A stretch of DNA of 64,000 nt from an uncultured Poribacteria bacterium (GTDB lineage Bacteria; Poribacteria; WGA-4E; WGA-3G). Positions 9,603 through 17,600 of this stretch are shown in pieces. A program made the translations under genes and the position numbers. The notes below the pieces were generated by a model. The model made no database searches. It was not told where the DNA came from and saw only the letters and a list, made by a program, of their open reading frames with translations. The stretch lies in contig CATQHZ020000001.1 in assembly GCA_958296135.2 (NCBI GenBank), forward strand, positions 192,001-256,000. The letters run 5' to 3'. Each line of letters starts with the position of its first letter. The stretch's first letter is position 1.

Positions 9603-10628
9603 CTACGTCTCTGTCCCTTCCGATGCGAAGAGGGCAGCGACGAAGTCGGCAGCGGCGAAATCGCGCAAATCGTCAAGCCGCTCGCCAATGCCGATGAGTT
9701 TGACAGGCGCACCGATTTCTGCCTTCACAGCAATGACGATGCCGCCCTTGGCAGTACCGTCTAGTTTCGTCACGGCGACACCGGTAATCGGCACTGCTTC
9801 GTTGAATACCTTCGCTTGTATGAGCGCGTTCTGTCCAACGGTGCCGTCGATGACGAGGAGCACTTCGTGCGGCGCGCCTTCATGCGCACGCCCCATGACG
9901 CGCCCGATCTTCGCAAGTTCATCCATCAGTGGTTTTTTCGTGTGTAACCTGCCAGCAGTGTCTACTATCAGCACGTCGGCATCGCGATGTTGCGCCGCGT
10001 GAACCGCGTCAAAAACGACAGATGCCGGTTCTGCCTGCTCGCCGCCCCGGATAAGTTCTGCGCCCGCCCGTTCACACCAGATAGCGAGCTGGTCTTCGGC
10101 TGCAGCGCGGAAGGTATCGCCTGCCGCAACGATGACGTGCTGGCCCTCCGACCGGAAGCGGCTCGCCAGTTTCCCTATCGTCGTCGTTTTCCCCGCGCCG
10201 TTCACACCGAGGACTAAAATGGTATACGGACTCTCGGCTGGCACGCAAGCGAGCGGCGTGTCTTCGCCGAGCAGGTTGAGAATCTCCGCTTTGAGCACGC
10301 TTTCCAATTCCGAGGCATCGCCCAACCCTTTCGCCTTGACCGCGGCTCTAACGTTGTCCATAAGTCTCAGCGTCGTTTCTACCCCGACATCCGATTGGAT
10401 GAGAATCTCTTCGATCTCCTCCATCAGTTCTTCGTCAATCTTCCTGCCTATTTGGAGGAGGCCTGAAAGTCGCGAGAAAAGCTGCTTTCGGGTTTTTGCC
10501 AAACTTGACTTAAGGCGTTGAAACCAGCCGCCTTGTTGCGCGCCGCTCTCCGGCGCGGCTTGAGACGAATCGCCACCCTCCGCCGCCGCGCGACTTTTAT
10601 CCCTGCGTTTCAATAAGTTTTTGAGCAT
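9603..10628 (-). CDS. ftsY: Signal recognition particle receptor FtsY
   Basis: GVNGAGKTTT, DTFRAAA, DTAGR, TKLDGTAKGG. Confidence 0.95.
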   Translation of the reverse strand: MLKNLLKRRDKSRAAAEGGDSSQAAPESGAQQGGWFQRLKSSLAKTRKQLFSRLSGLLQIGRKIDEELMEEIEEILIQSDVGVETTLRLMDNVRAAVKAKGLGDASELESVLKAEILNLLGEDTPLACVPAESPYTILVLGVNGAGKTTTIGKLASRFRSEGQHVIVAAGDTFRAAAEDQLAIWCERAGAELIRGGEQAEPASVVFDAVHAAQHRDADVLIVDTAGRLHTKKPLMDELAKIGRVMGRAHEGAPHEVLLVIDGTVGQNALIQAKVFNEAVPITGVAVTKLDGTAKGGIVIAVKAEIGAPVKLIGIGERLDDLRDFAAADFVAALFASEGTET

Positions 10629-11106
10629 GCATGCATCTCCTTTTTGCCAATTTTAATGCCTATATGATATAATAACGTAACGGAATCCGAAAAGGCAAAC
10701 GAAAATGTGTCAGAAGCATGTAGTTTATCCCAGGGCTGGCGTTCGGGGCCGCAACCCGCCGATGTGAATCACATCGGGATTACGCACGCTCAGGCGAGCT
10801 GGGTTCCCTACAAAGGCAAAAATTTGAAAACTGAATCGCGCTGAAAATGTGTTGACTCGTTTGCACTTCCGGGCTATACTGAAGCAAGATAGGAAAAGAA
10901 ACCATGCCGATAAACGTGCTTTATGAAGTTTCAGTAATTAAGGGGCTCGGTGCAGTGGCGAGAACTCTATGAGAATCTAGCAGAACCTACCCTAATCTAT
11001 CTCCGATTTTTGCGCAGTGTCATTCGCAAAGCCGAATGACACATCTTCGGCATGCTTGGCTTTCGCAAGCATGCCTACGCAAAAATCGGCAGATGTGCAT
11101 TTTGAC

Positions 11107-11135
11107 TTGCAGTCGGCTTGGATTTGTGGTAGAAT
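11107..11135 (+). promoter_or_regulatory. Sigma70 promoter of the tnpB element
   Basis: TTGCAG-N17-TAGAAT with extended TG. Conserved as TTGCAT-N17-TATAAT in copy 2. Confidence 0.7.
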
Positions 11136-11138
11136 ATA

Positions 11139-11233
11139 GTTACCGTTGTGGGCGAGACATCCAAGCACGGCATCCCGCCGTGTCTCTCGCCCAACCTACC
11201 TTGGATGGAGGTTAACCAACGGCGAACGGTGAC
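11139..11233 (+). ncRNA. Conserved structured 5' leader RNA upstream of tnpB (unassigned family)
   Basis: Homologous to 47599-47693 (minus strand) with compensatory changes: CATCCAAG/CTTGGATG vs CTGCTAGG/TCTAGCAG, and AACCT/AGGTT vs CACCT/AGGTG. Confidence 0.7.
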
Positions 11234-11238
11234 GCTCT

Positions 11239-12483
11239 ATGACATTGAAAACGCATTTAATGGCGTTGGACCCGAATAATAAGCAGGCGACGCTGCTTGC
11301 AAAGCACTGCGGCTATGCCCGCGTGGCACGTAACCATGCGCTCTCGGAATTCAAGGCAGGACTCGACCGCGATGAATTCCTATCCGATATGGACTTGCGC
11401 AAACGGTTCAACGCCGTGAAAGATGAACGCTACCCGTGGTGCCGCGAGCTCAGTCAAAATGCATCGAAGAATGGGATTTGCAACCTCGGTGATGCAGTGA
11501 AACGCTGGATATCTAAACAAAACCGTTTCCCGCGCTATAAGAACCGATCTGGTAGGAGTTCCTACCAAGCTGACAACGGCGCAGGCACGGTAAAGGTGGA
11601 GAAAAAGCGTGTCAACCTTCCGAAGATAGGCTGGGTTCGGATGCGCGAGAAGTTGCGTTGGCGTGGCGAGATTCGGCGGTGTGTCGTCTCAAAACGTGCG
11701 GGCAGGTGGTTTCTATCGGTTCTCGTGAAGGTGGTTTCCGACAGTGCACCACGTGTGCGTTCTCCGCGCGGTCCTGTGCGTGTGGTTGGTGTCGATGTTG
11801 GCATCAAGACACTTGCTGTGACATCCGATGGTGTTGAGTTTGAAAACCCGAAGGCATTGTATCGATACCTGCGGAAGTTGCGGCGTGCGCAGCGTCAGCT
11901 CTCTCGTTCGGTTTACCGAAGCAGGAATTGGTATCGGAAGCAGGTGCGCGTGCAGCAGATTCACTATCGTATCTGCTGTCTGCGTGAGGATGCCCATCAC
12001 AAGGCAAGCACGGCGATTGTAAAGTCGGCTGACGTTCTCGGCATCGAGAGTCTTCGTGTGGCAGGCTTGTTGAAAAACCGCCGTCTTGCAAAGGCGTTGA
12101 GCGATGCGTCATTAAGTGGTTTCCTGACGATGCTTCGGTATAAGGCGGAGGCGCGTGGTGTTGAGATTATCGAAGCACCGTTGAACTTCCCGTCATCGAA
12201 GACGTGCAGTGCTTGCGGGAAGAAGAAGACGAAGTTGTCCCTCTCGGAGCGGACATATCACTGCGAGGCATGTGGCGCGGTCCTCGACCGCGACTTGAAT
12301 GCCGCGTATAATTTAAGAAACCTCGCCGCGAGCTTGACGGAGAGGGAAAACGGCTGCGGAGCGACTATAAGCCCTCATAGTAGGCACACCTCGTGTGTCT
12401 CGGAGGCACGCCGCATTGAAACAGCAACTACGACAGATAAGAGGACAGGTCAGCTTAGGATAGATTTGTCCAGAGGATCATAA
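11239..12483 (+). CDS. tnpB: RNA-guided endonuclease TnpB
   Basis: RuvC motifs GVDVG, IESL and DRDLNAA; Zn finger CSAC..CEAC; N-terminal HTH. Confidence 0.92.
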   Translation: MTLKTHLMALDPNNKQATLLAKHCGYARVARNHALSEFKAGLDRDEFLSDMDLRKRFNAVKDERYPWCRELSQNASKNGICNLGDAVKRWISKQNRFPRYKNRSGRSSYQADNGAGTVKVEKKRVNLPKIGWVRMREKLRWRGEIRRCVVSKRAGRWFLSVLVKVVSDSAPRVRSPRGPVRVVGVDVGIKTLAVTSDGVEFENPKALYRYLRKLRRAQRQLSRSVYRSRNWYRKQVRVQQIHYRICCLREDAHHKASTAIVKSADVLGIESLRVAGLLKNRRLAKALSDASLSGFLTMLRYKAEARGVEIIEAPLNFPSSKTCSACGKKKTKLSLSERTYHCEACGAVLDRDLNAAYNLRNLAASLTERENGCGATISPHSRHTSCVSEARRIETATTTDKRTGQLRIDLSRGS

Positions 12484-12623
12484 GTTCTAGGGAGCGGTTA
12501 TTTTCGCAACGCGCGCACGCTTGTGAGTGTAAGGGCGGATGTCTCTAACCGCCCGCCGGGAATGCCTTGTTCCTTTTCTGAATCTTCATTTAGCACTTAA
12601 TATCTATAGGGAAGGACTCCGAT

Positions 12624-13193
12624 ATGCGAGAACAAGCATTGAAAGCGTTCGCGAGCATCTGGCTGTTGCTCTGCTTCGCAATTTTTAACGCCTGCGTGGA
12701 AGAAAGCCGCGTAGAAGAAATCATCGATGAAACCGAAATAGCAACCGAACCTGTCGCCCCTGAAGAGGGAGCGATACCTGTCGTCGCCTTGCCAGGACTC
12801 CCTAACGATGTCGCCGGGTATGAAGGCTGGCTCAAACTCAACGCCGAACCGATACCGCCGGCCGCTGGCGGGGACCCGCACCGCGGCACCAAAAACGTCT
12901 ATGTCAACCAAGCGCGGGATGCCATCGCACCGAATGGCGAGCAAGTGTTTCCCTATCCCCATGGCAGCATTGTCGTGAAGGAGGCATACCGCCCAGGCAA
13001 GGATTACATCGGACTCATCGCTATCATGCGGAAAATTGCCGGGAGCGATGCCGAGCACAACGACTGGAAGTTCGTCGAATACACCCGAAATGCACCCGAT
13101 GCCGAATTCAGCATCATCGCCGCCGACGGCATCTGTTGGGGATGCCACGCACGCGTGGAAGATATTGACTACGTCTTTACCGAATTGGATTAA
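12624..13193 (+). CDS. Cytochrome P460-family lipoprotein
   Basis: Lipobox FNAC, VYVN..YPHGSIVVKE..MRK..W.FVEY and C-terminal CWGCH..DYVF. Confidence 0.75.
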   Translation: MREQALKAFASIWLLLCFAIFNACVEESRVEEIIDETEIATEPVAPEEGAIPVVALPGLPNDVAGYEGWLKLNAEPIPPAAGGDPHRGTKNVYVNQARDAIAPNGEQVFPYPHGSIVVKEAYRPGKDYIGLIAIMRKIAGSDAEHNDWKFVEYTRNAPDAEFSIIAADGICWGCHARVEDIDYVFTELD

Positions 13194-13342
13194 TTTGTAT
13201 GGGCCCAAGGCGTTTGGTAAGAGGCCCCGGTTTGATACCGCTGTCTTAACCGCTCGCGATGCCTACGTTCCCGGTAGCGCGCCGATAGGAGCGCGACGGC
13301 TACCGCCGAACACATTGCGACATACAAAAAAGGAGACTATTT

Positions 13343-14506
13343 TTGAAGATATATCACAATTGGATGCGAAAGGCGACGCTATTCTTGCTGTGTGTCTGCT
13401 TGTGGGGCCCGAACGCCGCGAACGCACGCCCCGAATTCGCCACAGAATTGGATAAGGACTGCAACTTTTGTCACATCGACCCGGGCGGCGGCGGACCCCG
13501 CAACCGCATCGGCGAAATTTTTGAGGAGAACTACTTTGAATTCCCCGAAGATTTTGACATTGCGGCAGTAACTGAAGAAGCAACAGAAATCGTCAAGAAG
13601 CTGACAACGTCGCTTGATTTGCAGACAGCGTTCATCAAAACGATGCACGTTGACGACGAGGAAAACACCCTCGCCTCCTGTAATTCGTGTCACTCCTCTG
13701 TTGACCGGTTTCTGCTGATGCAAGCCGAGGTCACCTTCAACGCGCAGGCATCGGAGCACGTGCGGTTGACGCTCTCGAACAATGCCGGCACAACGCTCAA
13801 CGCCTTCGCAACGGTGGATGCGATTCCAAAGCATCTCTACGTCAAGGTAGGGCAGTTTCGTCTCCCGTTCGGCATCAAGCAGAAGGACCACAATATGCTC
13901 GTCCGCGAAGGCTATGGCATCGGTTCTAACAAACGGGATGTCGGCGTGGAACTCGCAGGCACGGCCGGCAACGTTTTCTATAACGCCGCGTTTTTTAACG
14001 GCGGAAACGCAGCAGCGAACGGCGTGCTGGCAACCCTCGGCAGTTCACTCGGCCCAATGCGTGCCGGGGTCTCGGGAATTGTTGAACAGACGACTGAAGA
14101 CTGGCACCGCCACATCGGCGTATTCCTGACAGCCGCTTATGCCGGGGTAAGTGTGGAAGGAGAGTTCAACTTTGGCAACCTTGGAGAAGTGGGCTCGTTC
14201 TCACCGGAAGAGGTCGACTCCAAAGGTTACTACATCGGCGCGAAATACCGCGTGCATCCGCGCCTCACCCTCGGCGGACGCTACGGCCTCTTTGACCCGG
14301 ATCGGACTCTCAAAGGCGATGCAGCGCAGCGAATCACGCTGAATGCGCAATACAATTTCATGGAAAACGGCGCGATTTCCCTCTTTTTCTGGGAAAATAT
14401 CGCTAACCCCGACCGGGGGGCAGACGAGACGATTCGCGATAAAGGCAGGTTACGACAACTCCAAGGCACAAACCAGTTGATTGTAATGTCACGCTTCTGG
14501 TTTTAA
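13343..14506 (+). CDS. Cytochrome c-porin fusion (Cyc2-like N-terminus, two CxxCH)
   Basis: Signal peptide, RPEFA..CNFCH..N.IG.IF, second CNSCH, beta-barrel pattern (VKVGQFRLPFG, DVGVEL), C-terminal F. Confidence 0.65.
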   Translation: MKIYHNWMRKATLFLLCVCLWGPNAANARPEFATELDKDCNFCHIDPGGGGPRNRIGEIFEENYFEFPEDFDIAAVTEEATEIVKKLTTSLDLQTAFIKTMHVDDEENTLASCNSCHSSVDRFLLMQAEVTFNAQASEHVRLTLSNNAGTTLNAFATVDAIPKHLYVKVGQFRLPFGIKQKDHNMLVREGYGIGSNKRDVGVELAGTAGNVFYNAAFFNGGNAAANGVLATLGSSLGPMRAGVSGIVEQTTEDWHRHIGVFLTAAYAGVSVEGEFNFGNLGEVGSFSPEEVDSKGYYIGAKYRVHPRLTLGGRYGLFDPDRTLKGDAAQRITLNAQYNFMENGAISLFFWENIANPDRGADETIRDKGRLRQLQGTNQLIVMSRFWF

Positions 14507-14530
14507 TTTCTCGTCGGCGTTGCGTGGTCC

Positions 14531-14620
14531 TGTAGCGCGAGGGAGTCACTTTATCCCGTATCGCGAGGGAAAACCTGTCCCTCGCGTTTGCCCCGTATCG
14601 CGAGAGCCCGTCCCTCGCGC
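14531..14620. repeat. REP-like palindromic cluster (GTA(G/T)CGCGAG...CCCTCGCG)
   Basis: Three degenerate copies of the REP seen at 25884-26555. Confidence 0.6.
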
Positions 14621-14697
14621 TCAATAATCACAGAAACTACGTCAGGAGGCGTGCTTGCAAGGCAAACGTTATCAAGCACCTTGCACCAATACGAAAA

Positions 14698-17600
14698 ATG
14701 GTAACGAAACTCTCGAAAACATTCTTAATCGGTGTCATCGGATTGCTCTCACTGATTATCATCGCAGGCATCTTCTATATCGTGCGCGAAAATACCGGGA
14801 CTCAGACGCGCTACAGCGTCAACGCCTTCACCCCACAAGGCGATGTCCCGCAATGGGTAGATTTCTCGTGGACTTTTTCGGAACCGATTGTCGACAACGC
14901 TAGCATTGGAGCGGAAGTACCGCAGCACGCCATCCGCTTCACGCCGGCCGTGGAAGGAAAAGCGCGCTGGGTAGCCCGCGATAGCATCCGCTTCACACTG
15001 GATAGCCCGTTGGCACCTTCGGCGCGATACACGGTTGAACTCTCCTCACGCCTCAGCCCTTCTGGCAGTTTTGTGCTCACCGGGCGACGGCAGTTTGCCT
15101 TTGCAACACGGCGGTTTGAAGTCACAAACACCTCCTTTGAATTCCGATACAACGCCGGGAGACAGAAGGCGAATGCCATCGGCACCATCGCCTTTAACTA
15201 TCCTGTCAACATTGCCGATTTAAAGGCGCACCTATCTATCCTGCTTGATGGCGACACCGAAATTCCTTATCATCTGCTCACCGAGACATCAACCGCGCGC
15301 ACGGTAACGCTTGAAACCGGGGAAGTTGAACGCGGACGCGAAGACCGGGTGCTCACCGTGCGGATACAGAAGGATTTCAAATGCACCGGCGGACAACTCG
15401 GACTGGAGACAGCAAGCGTTACGCCGGTAATTCTGAGCGGCAGCGGCATCCTCGGCATCACCTATTGCAATGTGGAAGAAGAGGCAGGCAGGCCCTATAT
15501 CGCACTCCGATTCAGCACGCCTGTCCCACCACTCGCCGCTGCACCCTATCTCCAGCTCAAACAAGGCGATGCATCGAACGCTCTCCAAAACGTCCAGGTA
15601 GTTGAACAATACGGGGATATTCAGATTCACGGCGATTTCAAGCGGCGCGCAACTTACACCCTCACGATTCAGGAGGGACTGACAGCGCGCGACGACTCAG
15701 TGCTCAAAAAACCATACACCGCACGCCTCACTATTCCTGATCTACCGCCGACAGCGCGGTTCCTCGGCGGACACAGGGGCGGCGCAGGCTTCCTCGCAAG
15801 AGAAGGCGCCTTGAACATCGGCGTTGCAACCATTAATATCAACCGGCTAGAACTTGAAATCGAGAAGGTTTTCGCCAATAACCTCATCTATCTCGCCAAA
15901 GTAGAGGCGTGGAGCCGATGGAGCTCTCGGCACATCGGCACTCCCGTGCATGAAGAAATCCTCGCCGTGGACGCGCGATTAAACGAGGAGGTTACCACAC
16001 CCATCCCCCTCGGCAATTATCTAGCGGAAGACCCGGGCATTTTCAAAATCGTCGTGCGAGATGCTGAAGATAGAAGGGTGAGCGCAAACCAGTGGGTGCT
16101 CATCACCGACCTGGGACTGCTCGTCAAGCGCATCGGCGATTCGCTCTACGTCTGGGTGAAATCCTTGGAAACGCACGAACCGGTGCCAGCCGCACGCGTC
16201 AAACTCATCAGTGAGAACAACCAGACGCTCCTCACCGGCACCACAAACTGGGCCGGGTTTGTCAAGTTTACCCAAAACGTCGTCTTTGACACCCCCGAAA
16301 TGCAAGACTTGACAACGTCAAATCGGCCCGGTAAGGCCACGACATCAAACCAAAAACCTTTTATGCTCACCGTCGCGAAAGACGATGATCTGGCGTTTCT
16401 CCAACTCGACCGGGATGAGCGCGCCACCGCCGATTTCAACGTCGCCGGCCCCGCCTATCTCGAAAAGGGTTACGAAGCGTTCTTGTGGACAGGGCGCGGT
16501 GTCTATCGTCCGGGTGAGACAGTCGAACTTGCTGGCATTGTGCGAGGGCCGCAGCACACCATCCCGCCGCCTCTCCCCGTGCATCTTGAGGTGCTTGCCC
16601 CGGATGGCAGAATCTTGCGGGAAGCGCGCCTCAAGACATTGAAGAGCGGCGCGTGCGAGGTGCGCATCCAGATTCCGGCCTACGCGCAAACAGGCGGCTA
16701 CATCGCCACACTCCGCATCGCCGAAAAGGTGGTTGGGCGCACCCGCTTTCAAGTAGAAGAATTTATGCCAGACCGGATGAAAGTGAAGGTGACAACCGAC
16801 AAACCCGCTTATACGCTCGGCGATACCGTGGACGTTGAAGTCACCGCCGTTAACCTCTTCGGACCGCCTGCCGCCGAACGGCACGTAGAAGCGAATTGTG
16901 AACTGACCGCGGTGCCGCTGACGTTTGCAAACTGGGAAGGATTCACCTTCGGCGAACCTTTGAAAGAAGTTTTCGGGACGCAGCGCATTGCGTTAGGCGA
17001 AACAAAAACGGATGAAGTGGGGAAAGCGAGTTATCCGTGGAAAGTGCCGGAGATGCAACAGCCGCCGGCTCGGCTCCGCGGGGTAATGACTGCAACCGTG
17101 CGCGAAGTCGGCGGTAGAGCCGTCACTGCATCGCATGCTGTCGAGATCCATCCTTACTCGTACTACGTCGGGCTGCGCCGCGCCGCACCTGATGCGCAGG
17201 GTGAACCAAACACACCAATGGCCATAGATGTCATCGCTGTTGACGCGACCGGGGCAGGTGCCGAGGGGCGTACACTCACGCTCACGCTCCGCAAGGTACA
17301 GTGGAACACGCTCCTCCGGCAATCTGTGCAAGAATCGTATCGCCAGGGAACTTATGCCTATATCTCTGAAGCAGAAACGGAGGCAGTGGAGAAACGCACG
17401 ATAACCTCAGCGGCGCAGATAACCCGTGTGACGTTAACACCGCCCGATGCAGGCGACTATCGGGTGAGCGTGGTGGACACCGGCACCGGCGCACGAACCG
17501 AACTCGGCTTTTCTGTCGGTGGATGGGGGTGGATACCTGCAGCCATGTCACATCCGACACGGCTGGACATGTCGCTTGATAAACCGACGTACCGCCCAGG

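Larger units (their letters stand above)
10943..12497 (+). mobile_element. Non-autonomous IS607-like (tnpB-only) element, copy 1
   Basis: Left end GGGCTCGGTGCAGTG..AACTCTATGAGA is shared with the element at 46333-47799. Right end ...TAGATTTG...AAGTTCTAGGGAGCGG resembles IS607 ends. No tnpA. Confidence 0.75.

Noticed and set aside
10729-10803. SRP RNA (ffs) next to ftsY
   Set aside because: Lacks the CAGG..GRAA..AGCA helix-8 signature on either strand.
11139-11233. Canonical HDV-like ribozyme or IStron group I intron
   Set aside because: The nesting is loosely HDV-like, but the inner helix is 6 bp and there is no clear P1.1 or J4/2 catalytic C. It is far too short for a group I intron.
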